A stretch of 64,000 bases of DNA from Candidatus Omnitrophota bacterium (GTDB taxonomy: Bacteria > Omnitrophota > Gorgyraeia > JAHJTE01), in NCBI GenBank assembly GCA_040753675.1, contig JBFMEB010000006.1:4561-68560 (forward strand), written 5' to 3'. The position numbers and the translations under genes were made by a program. The first letter of the stretch is position 1. Each line of letters opens with the position of its first letter. The notes beneath the pieces are model-generated. The model saw nothing but the letters and a program-made list of their open reading frames with translations, was not told the origin of the DNA and did not search any database. Shown here piece after piece: positions 1 through 8,805 of this stretch.

Positions 1-429
1 GGTTCTGATTTTTAAGGTAAGCGGCAAGTGAGTATTCTTTCTAATCAATCTCAATAATTTAGCCAATCTTTTTGGCTCTTTGAGAAGGGCTGCGCCTTCT
101 CCTCGGCGCACTACTTTTCTGACCGGGCAGGCAGCGTTAAAATCCAAAATATCTATAGGATGTTTATGGATTTCCTCCAAGGCATTTAGGATAAATTTTT
201 CTTCTCTACCGAGAATCTGTATGCCCAGCGGCCTGTCAGTATCATCAGATAGAAAAAAATCAGCAGTGCTATTTTTGTTATGGCTTAGAGCCCGCACATT
301 TATCATCTCGATGAATGCGAGCGGGCAGCCAAATCTGCGCATAAGCCGCCTATAGGCTAAATCAGTTATTCCGGCCATGGGCGCTAATATTAGGGCTGGC
401 TCAATTGTTAAATTAGCTATTTTAAGCAT
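1..429 (-). CDS. dusB: tRNA-dihydrouridine synthase (DusB-like), 5' part, runs off window edge
   Basis: Manual translation from CAT at 427-429: MLKIANLTIEPALILAPMAGITDLAYRR...DFNAACPVRKV..GEGAALL; LAPMAG and NxxCP Dus motifs; absent from the ORF track. Confidence 0.88.
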   Translation of the reverse strand, partial: MLKIANLTIEPALILAPMAGITDLAYRRLMRRFGCPLAFIEMINVRALSHNKNSTADFFLSDDTDRPLGIQILGREEKFILNALEEIHKHPIDILDFNAACPVRKVVRRGEGAALLKEPKRLAKLLRLIRKNTHLPLTLKIRT

Positions 430-469
430 AGGTATATTCTATTAGAAAATTGAGTTTAAGTCCACTAGG

Positions 470-497
470 TTGACTTTCTTACGATTAGCGCTAAAAT
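470..497 (+). promoter_or_regulatory. Putative sigma70 promoter for ORF 510
   Basis: TTGACT-16 nt-TAAAAT just upstream of ATG 510. Confidence 0.45.
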
Positions 498-509
498 ATA
501 CAGGTAAAT

Positions 510-1016
510 ATGAAGCTGATAAGACAGGATAATCTTTTAAAAATAGCAAAGACTTGGCATATAAAAAGAACCCCAAAATATCGAGCTTTTAAGTGTGCAA
601 ACTGCAGAAGGTTTTTACATCGAGCCTGGCATCACTGGCTTCATAGTGGTGGATTTAGAACTCCGATTCATCTTTGTCAGAAATGCCATAACAATTTGGA
701 CATTACTTATCCGGCTTTAAATCTTTACCCCGTTAGAGAACTACATAAAAAACATAGGAACTTCTCTAACGGGGTTAAGTTAAAAAAGATAAAATTTAGC
801 TTTAAGAAAGAAGTAAGAAAATTTTTAATTAAGATAATTTCTGGTTGGGATATTGCAGAATCGCCACTCTATAAACAATTTACTTGCGATTATTGTAAAA
901 GAATTATTTATAAGACATATCATATATTCTTTAAAGCAAACTCAAAAATTAGCGAAGTGCACCTGTGTAAATATTGCAATCGCCTTATACTATTAAAATC
1001 AAATATCAAAAATTAA
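510..1016 (+). CDS. Hypothetical protein with two tandem putative Zn-binding repeats
   Basis: FKCANC..AWHHW..IHLCQKC and FTCDYC..TYHIF..VHLCKYC; the linker contains a TIR element. Confidence 0.6.
   Translation: MKLIRQDNLLKIAKTWHIKRTPKYRAFKCANCRRFLHRAWHHWLHSGGFRTPIHLCQKCHNNLDITYPALNLYPVRELHKKHRNFSNGVKLKKIKFSFKKEVRKFLIKIISGWDIAESPLYKQFTCDYCKRIIYKTYHIFFKANSKISEVHLCKYCNRLILLKSNIKN
727..775. mobile_element. Empty miniature TIR element (ACCCCGTTAGAGA family) inside ORF 510
   Basis: Perfect 14-bp inverted repeat ACCCCGTTAGAGAA / TTCTCTAACGGGGT; TTA on both sides of CCCC..GGGG; same ends as the GIY-YIG element at 30902. Confidence 0.8.
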
Positions 1017-1147
1017 ATATCAAAATGACATATCAAAATTCAAAGTTTTAAAATAAATAATAAAAATGAAAAAAAAGAAATAAAGTAACTTAATTTTGCA
1101 TTTTGCATTGTAATTTTGATTTTTGCATTTTGATTTTTGCATTTTTG
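995..1147. repeat. Empty heptad-periodic palindromic element (family A, ATCAAAA/TTTTGAT)
   Basis: Left arm aaatcaaatatcaaaaattaaatatcaaaatgacatatcaaaatt; right arm aattttgcattttgcattgtaattttgatttttgcattttgattttt; reverse-complement copy of 8672-8772. Confidence 0.85.
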
Positions 1148-1158
1148 AGAGGATACAT

Positions 1159-1187
1159 TTGCCAAACAATTATTTTCTTGCTATAAT
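1159..1187 (+). promoter_or_regulatory. Putative sigma70 promoter, probably near-leaderless transcript
   Basis: TTGCCA-17 nt-TATAAT with TG extension; ATG 1196 lies 8 nt after the -10 box; no SD. Confidence 0.55.
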
Positions 1188-1195
1188 TATGCCCT

Positions 1196-1630
1196 ATGAA
1201 TAAAATTAGATTTAAATTTATCAGCTTAATTTTGGTGATCTTTTTGGCTGTATTTATTGTTGGTTGTGCCTGGCTAAAGGAGTCAGGAAAAAAGTTATGG
1301 GGTTCTTCTACGCAAGCCTTGGAAAAGGCGAGATCCCAAGGCAAAGCTCAGGTTTTTGAATGTTCTTTATCGGCTTGTTTTGATGAATGCTTAAATATAA
1401 TGAGAGATATGAAAGCAACTGTTTTTGCAAAAGATAAAAGGCGAGGGGTATTAATAGCAATGGATTTTAAAGTCAAAGACGTCATTGATACTACAGAGTT
1501 AGGAATATTTTTTACAAAGAGCGAAAATTTGACTAAAGTAGAAATAACCAGCTTAAATCCTGTTCTTATCGATGAAGTCGGCCCAAAAATTTTAAGCGGC
1601 CTGGAGAAGAAATTTTCAATTGTTAATTAG
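1196..1630 (+). CDS. Putative lipoprotein (DUF3568-like)
   Basis: Signal peptide with lipobox IVGC; LWGSST and IDTTELGIFF segments. Confidence 0.55.
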   Translation: MNKIRFKFISLILVIFLAVFIVGCAWLKESGKKLWGSSTQALEKARSQGKAQVFECSLSACFDECLNIMRDMKATVFAKDKRRGVLIAMDFKVKDVIDTTELGIFFTKSENLTKVEITSLNPVLIDEVGPKILSGLEKKFSIVN

Positions 1631-1652
1631 GGCGTCGCAAAAGCTCCGCCCT

Positions 1653-1737
1653 TGATTACACAGATTATAAATGAAGATTACGGTGATTAAATCTTAAAAA
1701 ACAATCTCTGGAATCTAATCAAAAATCACTGTAATCA
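1653..1737. repeat. Empty periodic palindromic element (GATTAC/GTAATC, CAGAT-like family)
   Basis: gattacacagattataaatgaagattacggtgatt ... aatctctggaatctaatcaaaaatcactgtaatc; small GC hairpins on both sides (1630-1652, 1738-1768). Confidence 0.6.
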
Positions 1738-1783
1738 TCAGCCCGAAACGAATTTTGTGAAGGGCTGAAAAAAAGGGGGCAAT

Positions 1784-2221
1784 ATGTTTAAAAAATTGTT
1801 GTTGATATCAGTTGTTTTAGTTATTGCAAGTTTTGCTTTAGGTTGCGAGAATATGGGGGAAAATACTAAAAAAGGAGCTGTGGTAGGCACGTTGATAGGC
1901 GCAGGCACAGGTGCGGTTATCGGGCATCAGACTGGCCGTGCCGGAGAAGGTGCAGCTATTGGCGCTGCAGTAGGCGGAGTTTCCGGCGGCCTCATTGGTT
2001 CCGGGATTGATAAAAGTACTCAAGCTGCAAAACTGGAAAAGCTTTCTTTAAGCGACGTAATTTTATTATCGAAAAATGGCATTGCCGATGAAGTTATTAT
2101 CAATAAAATTAATAATTCTGGCAGCATATTTAATCTTTCCAGCCAGGAAATCGGGCTTTTGAGGAAAGAAGGCGTAAGCGATGCAGTGATAGATACGATG
2201 TTGGCTACGGCTAAGAGGTAA
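1784..2221 (+). CDS. Glycine-zipper lipoprotein
   Basis: Lipobox ALGC; GAVVGTLIGAGTGAVIG..GAAIGAAVGGVSGGLIG. Confidence 0.8.
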   Translation: MFKKLLLISVVLVIASFALGCENMGENTKKGAVVGTLIGAGTGAVIGHQTGRAGEGAAIGAAVGGVSGGLIGSGIDKSTQAAKLEKLSLSDVILLSKNGIADEVIINKINNSGSIFNLSSQEIGLLRKEGVSDAVIDTMLATAKR

Positions 2222-2247
2222 AGAAAATAATTTCCTTCGCAATAAAA

Positions 2248-2281
2248 GAGGCCTCTGAGAGAGAGGCCTCAAATCCTTTTT
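2248..2281 (+). terminator. Possible intrinsic terminator hairpin
   Basis: gaggcctct-gagag-agaggcctc, with the T-run a few nt downstream. Confidence 0.4.
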
Positions 2282-2294
2282 AAGATTAGAAGAC

Positions 2295-3167
2295 ATGCAG
2301 ACAAAATCAGCTCAAATAAAAAAAACACTCATCTTGACTCTTTTTTTAAACTGGCTGGTAGCTTTGGCCAAACTTGTTGTAGGAAAACAAATTGCCAGCA
2401 CCAGCATGTTCGCTGACGGAATTCATTCTTTTTCGGATAGTGCATCTAACATCATCGGTCTGGTAGGGATTTGGCTTGCCTATATGCCAAAGGATGAAGA
2501 TCATCCTTACGGCCATAAGAAATTCGAGACATTTGCTTCCTTAGGTATCGTATTATTGCTTATGCTGGGCTGTGTCAACATAATACACGAGAGTATTGAG
2601 CGCTTCAAAAATCCCGTTATCCCACAGGTAAGCATAATCAGCATTGGCGTTATGTTGGCTACCATGATTATAAATTTAATAGTTATGCTCTATGAGCGTA
2701 GGCGCGGGATTGTCCTTAACAGCGACATCTTAAAATCAGACTCTATGCACACCAGTGCCGATATTTTGACTTCGCTTTCGGTGTTGTTTAGCTTTGCCGC
2801 AGTAAAAATGGGTTTTATTATCCTTGACCCAGTAATAGCCTTGATAATTACTATCTTTATTGGCAAAGTTGCAATCGAGATAATATCCGATGCTTCAAAG
2901 GTGCTCTGCGATGCTACTATTATAGATTCCAAGAAGATTGAGCAGCTTTGTTTAACTATTCCCGGAGTAATAAAATGCCACAAGATCAGGACGCGGGGAA
3001 GGCCGGATGATATCTATGTTGATTTGCATATCTTAGTAAATAAGGATACTAAAATTGTAGCAGCTCACAATCTAAGTTCTATAATTGAAAAAAAGATAAA
3101 AAGCGAAATTGTTGGCGTTAGTGATGTAGTTGTCCACATTGAGCCATGTGACGGACACTGTGATTAA
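2295..3167 (+). CDS. Cation diffusion facilitator (FieF/CzcD-like) transporter
   Basis: ADGIHSFSD, DEDHPYGHKKFE, HTSAD and C-terminal VVVHIEP motifs. Confidence 0.92.
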   Translation: MQTKSAQIKKTLILTLFLNWLVALAKLVVGKQIASTSMFADGIHSFSDSASNIIGLVGIWLAYMPKDEDHPYGHKKFETFASLGIVLLLMLGCVNIIHESIERFKNPVIPQVSIISIGVMLATMIINLIVMLYERRRGIVLNSDILKSDSMHTSADILTSLSVLFSFAAVKMGFIILDPVIALIITIFIGKVAIEIISDASKVLCDATIIDSKKIEQLCLTIPGVIKCHKIRTRGRPDDIYVDLHILVNKDTKIVAAHNLSSIIEKKIKSEIVGVSDVVVHIEPCDGHCD

Positions 3168-3498
3168 AGTTTACAGCTAACAGTGTACAGTTTACAGTAA
3201 AGAGTAATGGAAAATTTTGATTTTGAAAATCTAAATGTTTATAAAAAGTCATTGGAATTTATTCATAATATTTTGGAAATTTATAAAAAATTATCCAGAG
3301 AATTCCAGTATTCCATTTCTTTGGATTCAACGAGAGAATGTATTTCTGTTTTTAATGTTCTATATAGAGAATCCTTCATAGATGAAGGAATTTATAGCAA
3401 ATTACGCTTGGAAGCTAGAGAGATTACCAGCATGTTATGCGGTTTGATAGACTCAATTGGTTAATACTGTTAACTGTTAACAGTAATCTGTAAACTTT
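3166..3498. mobile_element. Heptad-periodic inverted arms (TTTACAG/CTGTAAA) enclosing a four-helix-bundle gene
   Basis: Left arm aaagtttacagctaacagtgtacagtttacagta (3166-3199); right arm tactgttaactgttaacagtaatctgtaaacttt (3465-3498). Confidence 0.8.
3207..3464 (+). pseudogene. Four-helix-bundle (23S rRNA IVS / TIGR02436-like) protein with in-frame internal deletion
   Basis: N-term FENLNVYKKS and C-term S..EC..REITSMLCGLI match the family; the central Q..R...SI..NIAEG segment is missing (85 aa vs ~123-126 aa for the paralogs here). Confidence 0.7.
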
Positions 3499-3519
3499 TC
3501 CGACAGAATGGAGGAAATA

Positions 3520-3789
3520 ATGGCACGCAGAGGCGGACTTTCACACATACACTATAGAGAAAAAAGAGGGTTAAAAGTGAGCGCAGGCGAGCATGTTAAA
3601 GCCGGCAGCATCCTGACTCGCCAAGCAGATAAATGGAAACCTGGGATTAATGTTAGAGGTCAAGGCACATTATACGCATTGATAGACGGTGAGGTTTACT
3701 TTACACATAGAAAATCAAGATATAAGACAAAAAAGTCAGAGACAGTTATAAATATCAAGAAAGAGGAATCAAAGAAGACAGTAAAGTAG
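3520..3789 (+). CDS. rpmA: 50S ribosomal protein bL27 (divergent N-terminus)
   Basis: [38 protein letters not shown]; SD GGAGG before ATG 3520. Confidence 0.85.
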   Translation: MARRGGLSHIHYREKRGLKVSAGEHVKAGSILTRQADKWKPGINVRGQGTLYALIDGEVYFTHRKSRYKTKKSETVINIKKEESKKTVK

Positions 3790-3831
3790 TTTGTAGATTG
3801 TAGTTTGTTGTCAGTAACAACAGAATTTACT

Positions 3832-4257
3832 ATGTCTAAGAAACTTTGGTTAGGCCTGGGTGCAGTATTTTTAATCTTGTTTGTATCGCAGGCCATATTT
3901 AATATCCGCAGGCATTTCCAGGAAAGTAAAGAATCTGATGTGCCGGAAATTATTGTGGATATGGCAACTTTAAACGAAACAATTTTAGCAGAAGAATTGG
4001 AGCCTAAACCAATTCCCAAAAATAATATACCTAAGGCCAAAGTTAGCCAAGTTTCTTCTTCAGATTTACCTAAAGATATGAAAGAAATTCAGCGGGCATT
4101 AAAATCAGCCGGTTTTAATCCTGGTGCTATTGACGGAAAGTTGGGTAGTCAGACAGAGGCTGCTATCAAGAATTTTCAGAAGGTTAGCAATCTTAAGGTT
4201 GATGGAAGAGTAGGCCGCAATACCTGGCGGCTGTTGAAGAAATATTTAAAAGATTAA
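3832..4257 (+). CDS. Membrane-anchored peptidoglycan-binding domain protein
   Basis: N-terminal TM; IQRALKSAGFNPGAIDGKLGSQTEAAIKNFQ..LKVDGRVGRNTW (PG_binding_1). Confidence 0.88.
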   Translation: MSKKLWLGLGAVFLILFVSQAIFNIRRHFQESKESDVPEIIVDMATLNETILAEELEPKPIPKNNIPKAKVSQVSSSDLPKDMKEIQRALKSAGFNPGAIDGKLGSQTEAAIKNFQKVSNLKVDGRVGRNTWRLLKKYLKD

Positions 4258-4266
4258 CCGAACCCA

Positions 4267-4295
4267 TTGATTTAATTTAAGTAAGGTGATATAAT
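4267..4295 (+). promoter_or_regulatory. Putative sigma70 promoter of the pilus operon
   Basis: TTGATT-17 nt-TATAAT with TG extension. Confidence 0.55.
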
Positions 4296-4319
4296 AATAA
4301 ATTAAATCTAAAATAAGGA

Positions 4320-4874
4320 GTGAACTTGAAACTAAGATTTATTTGGCTATTTTCGTTAGTATTATTTTTAGGCTCTTGCGTTTCCCTGACTGCCAATTTC
4401 AGTCCTGCAGATAAACTGTATTTCCAGGCAAAGCAGTTTGCAAAAGAAGGCAAGAGAGATTTTGTTTTTTTGAGCTTAAGCGAACTTATCCGGGAATACC
4501 CCGGCTATAAATTTATTGCAGAGGCAAGATTTGCCGTAGGCGAGTATCACTTTCTATCCGGTAATTATAATAAGGCGGTTAACGATCTCGTTGGATTTTT
4601 AAAAAACTATCCTAACCATAAGGGGAGCGTTTTTGCTAAGAGTTTCCTTTATAAAATTATTAATGATAATAAATGGATAAATAGCGAAGAAGCGGGAAAG
4701 ATTGCAAAGGCTATTAAAGAAGAATTTTTTTCTACTCCCGCCTTTTTTGTTTTTTCTGAATTTAAAGAAAAGAGCCTAAAGTCTCTCTTAGGAAATTCTT
4801 ATTCCTTAAAAGAATATGTAGATAAAATAGAAATATTCGCTAATGGCAAACTTTTACTCAGCGTCTCCCTTTAA
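4320..4874 (+). CDS. TPR (BamD/YbgF-like) lipoprotein
   Basis: Lipobox LGSC; helical repeats LIREYP..EARFAVGEYHF. Confidence 0.6.
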   Translation: MNLKLRFIWLFSLVLFLGSCVSLTANFSPADKLYFQAKQFAKEGKRDFVFLSLSELIREYPGYKFIAEARFAVGEYHFLSGNYNKAVNDLVGFLKNYPNHKGSVFAKSFLYKIINDNKWINSEEAGKIAKAIKEEFFSTPAFFVFSEFKEKSLKSLLGNSYSLKEYVDKIEIFANGKLLLSVSL

Positions 4875-6945
4875 GCGCTTAGTTAAAGTAATTCTAATTG
4901 TTGTCTGTTTGGTTATTATTTTTGACACCTTCCTTTCTCTTTTCCTATTCCGTTACGTCCACAGAGTAATCAATAATATCGATCCCAAATTGGGGAAAAT
5001 CTATATCTCACAAGTTAGCATAGATTTCCTAAGGGGCATTGTTTTACAGGACGTCTCTATTGTGGATAATGCCACTCCACCCCAAATTTTGTTTCAGGCT
5101 AAAAAACTTAATTTAAAATTTGATCCCCTATCGATTTTAAATAGAGAATTAAATTTTAATAGAATAAAATGCGTTGGTTTAGATATCTATATAAATAAAG
5201 ATTCTCAGACTTTAAAAAAAATATCTTTAATCAGCAAGGCTGCCTATGAAGAATTCTTAAAAAACCAGATTCTGCCATTAGAGTTAGTCTTTAAAGACCC
5301 ATCGGTAAATTTTATTTCGAGTAAGTTTATAGTTGCAGATTTTTCGGGAGAAGAACCAGGGATATGGATTGTCCGGCTAAAAGGTATGGCCGCTTTGAGA
5401 AATAAGAAAATTTTTTCGCAAGGCTCAGTTAATTTGGAACACAAACTTTCCGCAACCTCTTCCTTTATAAATCTTTTTAGAAATCAGTTTTTAAGCCAGG
5501 ATTTTGACTACCGGTTAATTGCCAACTTGAAAAAAAATGATTTCTTGATTGAAGATTTTGATATTATGGTCGGTTATGACCATATTAAAGGTCAGGCAAT
5601 TGTCAGTAATTTTACTACCTCCAAGCCTATTATTAATCTTATTGTTAATACCAGCAATCTTTCCATTGAGAATATAACTTCCTTAATTAAAGATTTTGAT
5701 ACGCGCGGCTCATTCAATTTATCTGCTGCGGCAAGGGGACCATTAGACAATCTGAAGTTTATTATTACCTTAAATTTCCTTGGTTGCACTTTTCGTTATT
5801 CCTCATTTCCGGTATTAAAAAATATTGTAGGAAAGGTTAAATTGACAGAAAGCGCACTTACCATTGATAATCTTTTCTTGATTTTTAATGACGTGGGCCT
5901 GAACGTTAACTCTCGAATAAGCCAGAAACAGGATACAACACAGATTAGCGCTGATATCAGTATAAAACCGTCCCAGGCGCAAATAGCTTTTTTGCCGCGT
6001 TCGATAAATATTAATTCTAACTGGCAGAGGAAGAATGTTGGTTTGGGTGGCAACTTATCTTTCACCTATGAGGCAACCGACAACAACAAGTATTCAATGA
6101 ATCTGGAAGAGGTGGCTTTTCTAAAAGAAAATGTTGGAGGGTCGCTGAAAGCTAAGAAAGTAATTTTTAGACAGATTCCCTTGCAGGGAGATAAAGAAAA
6201 AAAATTTGATTTGTCTGATTTTGCAGCAAAGTTTGAGCCAAAAAAAGGAGAATTTAACTTAAGCGATATAAAGGTATCTGGTTTTTCTGGTCAGATAAGT
6301 GCTAATATTTATCTTGGCGGCGCTGGCAGTTATCGTTATGCGTCATCTTTACTTGCGCAGAATCTGGATGCTTCACAGATACAAGCCGGGCTGGCAGTGC
6401 CTTATAATCTTTTAGGATTTATTTGGGCAAAAATATTTTCCAGTTCGACAGACAGGGATTTCACTAAAGGTATCTTATTAATAAAAAAAGGCAAATTACA
6501 GGAGACTGCTTTATTATTGTCTTTAGCCGAATATCTGAATATCAATTCCTTAAAAGCGATTGATTTCGATGAGATGCAGTTACGATTTTCATTTTTAAAA
6601 AACGGCGTATTTAGATACGGTTTGAAAAGCAAAGGTAAAGACGTAGTGTTGGATGCCAATTTCCAGATTGGTAAGGACCAGCAGCTCTCTGGTTATTTCA
6701 ATGCAAACATTAACCATACCTTATTGATGGAATCGAATAAATTGCGTAGATTGCTAAAGATGATTGGCGATGAGTCGGCTTCTGTAGATTTTCCTTTTAA
6801 ATTAGGAGGCACGATACATAAGCCAAGATTAAGCTGGTTACGTAATGATTTTAAACGTTCACTTGAACACGTAATTCCCGCTTGGTATAGGCAGGGAATG
6901 CAGAAAGGTATTGACGATGCAGTTGAGGAAATGTTCAAGGAGTAA
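4843..6945 (+). CDS. AsmA-like / DUF748 envelope protein
   Basis: N-terminal TM, beta-rich body, C-terminal FPFKLGGTIHKP. Confidence 0.6.
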   Translation: MANFYSASPFKRLVKVILIVVCLVIIFDTFLSLFLFRYVHRVINNIDPKLGKIYISQVSIDFLRGIVLQDVSIVDNATPPQILFQAKKLNLKFDPLSILNRELNFNRIKCVGLDIYINKDSQTLKKISLISKAAYEEFLKNQILPLELVFKDPSVNFISSKFIVADFSGEEPGIWIVRLKGMAALRNKKIFSQGSVNLEHKLSATSSFINLFRNQFLSQDFDYRLIANLKKNDFLIEDFDIMVGYDHIKGQAIVSNFTTSKPIINLIVNTSNLSIENITSLIKDFDTRGSFNLSAAARGPLDNLKFIITLNFLGCTFRYSSFPVLKNIVGKVKLTESALTIDNLFLIFNDVGLNVNSRISQKQDTTQISADISIKPSQAQIAFLPRSININSNWQRKNVGLGGNLSFTYEATDNNKYSMNLEEVAFLKENVGGSLKAKKVIFRQIPLQGDKEKKFDLSDFAAKFEPKKGEFNLSDIKVSGFSGQISANIYLGGAGSYRYASSLLAQNLDASQIQAGLAVPYNLLGFIWAKIFSSSTDRDFTKGILLIKKGKLQETALLLSLAEYLNINSLKAIDFDEMQLRFSFLKNGVFRYGLKSKGKDVVLDANFQIGKDQQLSGYFNANINHTLLMESNKLRRLLKMIGDESASVDFPFKLGGTIHKPRLSWLRNDFKRSLEHVIPAWYRQGMQKGIDDAVEEMFKE

Positions 6946-6948
6946 AAG

Positions 6949-8643
6949 ATGATGCAAGAGAAAAAATCGCTGGGCTTTAGTTTGGTTGAAGCAGGATTAT
7001 TAGGCTCGGAAGAGTTAAAATTAGCGGAAAAAGAGGCGAAAAAAAATAGCATATCCCTGCGAAAGGCTATTCTAAAATTGGGAATTATTGAGGAAGATGC
7101 GCTGGTTTCATTCTTAAGCACTCATTTAGGTATTCCCAGTATAGACTTGAGCACTTATTTGATAGACCCGGCAATTTTGCAGCATGTGCCAAAAGATTTG
7201 GCTGAAAAATATGACCTTATTCCGGTTTTTAAAATTGGCGATACATTGACATGTGCAATGTCTGAGCCCTTAAATATCGTTGCCCAGGATGAAATCCGCC
7301 TAAAGACAGGTTTTAATATCGAAGCAGTTGTGGCAAGGGAATCGGATATAAAAAGCGCAATCTATTCTTATTATGGAGAGAAGACTTCTGTAGAAGACGT
7401 AGTGAAGGAATTAGAACAAGTTGAGGCAGATTTAAAATCAGGCAGAGAGATAGCAGCTAAACGGCTTAAAGATTTAGCCCAAGAGCCTCCGCTTATCCGT
7501 TTGGTGAACCTTTTGATTATGAAGGCAATTAAAGAAGAAGCCAGCGATATTCATATCGAACCAGAAGAAAATACCCTGCGGGTGCGTTATCGTATTGACG
7601 GCATATTGCATGATGTTGAAGCCCCGCCAAAACATTTGCAGCAGGCAATAATTTCTCGTATTAAGATACTTTCTAATCTGGATATTGCAGAGCGCAGGAT
7701 TCCTCAGGATGGACGGTTTCAGGTTAGCGCAGAAAATAGGCGCATTGATATCCGAGTCTCTTGCGTGCCGACAATTTTTGGCGAAAATATTGTATTGAGA
7801 TTACTTGATACCACACACCTAAAGTTGAATTTGCAGGATTTAGGCTTTGAGAGCGAGGAATTGGAAAAATTCGAACGCTTTATCCAGAGGCCCCATGGAA
7901 TTATCTTGGTAACTGGACCTACCGGCAGTGGAAAGACAACGACTTTATATGCAGCTTTAAATAAGATAAATTCCGCAGAAAAAAATATTATTACTATTGA
8001 AGACCCTGTTGAATATCGTCTGGCAGGAGTGCGCCAGATTCAAGTTAATCCTAAGGTGAATCTTACCTTTGCTAATGGCTTACGTTCGATATTGCGCCAG
8101 GATCCTGATATAATAATGGTAGGAGAAATTCGCGATAGAGACACTGCCGAGATTGCTATACATGCTGCTTTAACCGGTCATTTAGTGCTTTCGACATTGC
8201 ACACTAATGATGCCGCCGGAGCAATTACCCGGCTTATTGACATGGGTATAGAACCATTTCTGGTCGCCTCATCGGTTATCGGCATAGTTGCACAAAGATT
8301 AGTGAGAACAATCTGTTCTGGTTGCAAAGAAGCATATCAAGTCTCAGATAAAATATTAGAAAGTATTGAGTTGGAGAGAACTGTTAGAGGTCCTGTATAT
8401 TTTCATCACGGTAGAGGCTGTAATAAATGCCTTAATACTGGCTTTCACGGTCGAACAGCAATTTTTGAACTCTTATTAATGGAAGAAACAGTCAGAGAAT
8501 TAACGCTAAAAAAGGCATCGACAAGTGCTATAAATCAAGCCGCAATTAAATTAGGTATGCGTAATTTAAGAGAATCTGGCTTAAAAAAGGTCAGTAGCGC
8601 TATAACCACTATTGAAGAATTAATGCGGGTTACTGAGGAGTAA
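6949..8643 (+). CDS. pilB: Type IV pilus/T2SS assembly ATPase (PilB/GspE), copy 1
   Basis: ASDIHIEP, Walker A GPTGSGKTT, LRQDPDIIMVGEIRD, tetracysteine motif. Confidence 0.93.
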   Translation: MMQEKKSLGFSLVEAGLLGSEELKLAEKEAKKNSISLRKAILKLGIIEEDALVSFLSTHLGIPSIDLSTYLIDPAILQHVPKDLAEKYDLIPVFKIGDTLTCAMSEPLNIVAQDEIRLKTGFNIEAVVARESDIKSAIYSYYGEKTSVEDVVKELEQVEADLKSGREIAAKRLKDLAQEPPLIRLVNLLIMKAIKEEASDIHIEPEENTLRVRYRIDGILHDVEAPPKHLQQAIISRIKILSNLDIAERRIPQDGRFQVSAENRRIDIRVSCVPTIFGENIVLRLLDTTHLKLNLQDLGFESEELEKFERFIQRPHGIILVTGPTGSGKTTTLYAALNKINSAEKNIITIEDPVEYRLAGVRQIQVNPKVNLTFANGLRSILRQDPDIIMVGEIRDRDTAEIAIHAALTGHLVLSTLHTNDAAGAITRLIDMGIEPFLVASSVIGIVAQRLVRTICSGCKEAYQVSDKILESIELERTVRGPVYFHHGRGCNKCLNTGFHGRTAIFELLLMEETVRELTLKKASTSAINQAAIKLGMRNLRESGLKKVSSAITTIEELMRVTEE

Positions 8644-8671
8644 ACACGGTGCCTTGAATAAATAACGCTTT

Positions 8672-8772
8672 AATGTAAAAATCAAAATGCAAAAATCAAA
8701 ATTACAATGCAAAATGCAAAATTTTTTAATTTTGATATGTCATTTTAATATTTAATTTTTAATATTTGATAT
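8672..8772. repeat. Empty heptad-periodic palindromic element (family A)
   Basis: aaaatcaaaatgcaaaaatcaaaattacaatgcaaaatgcaaaatt / aattttgatatgtcattttaatatttaatttttaatatttgat. Confidence 0.85.
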
Positions 8773-8805
8773 AAAGACAGTAGTATTTTTGGGAGATAAA
8801 TTAAT

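Noticed and set aside
80-355. + strand 91-aa ORF
   Set aside because: Antisense shadow of dusB on the - strand
1090-1344. - strand ORF ending KNAKIKMQKSKLQCKMQN
   Set aside because: Translation of the heptad arm plus antisense of a lipoprotein gene
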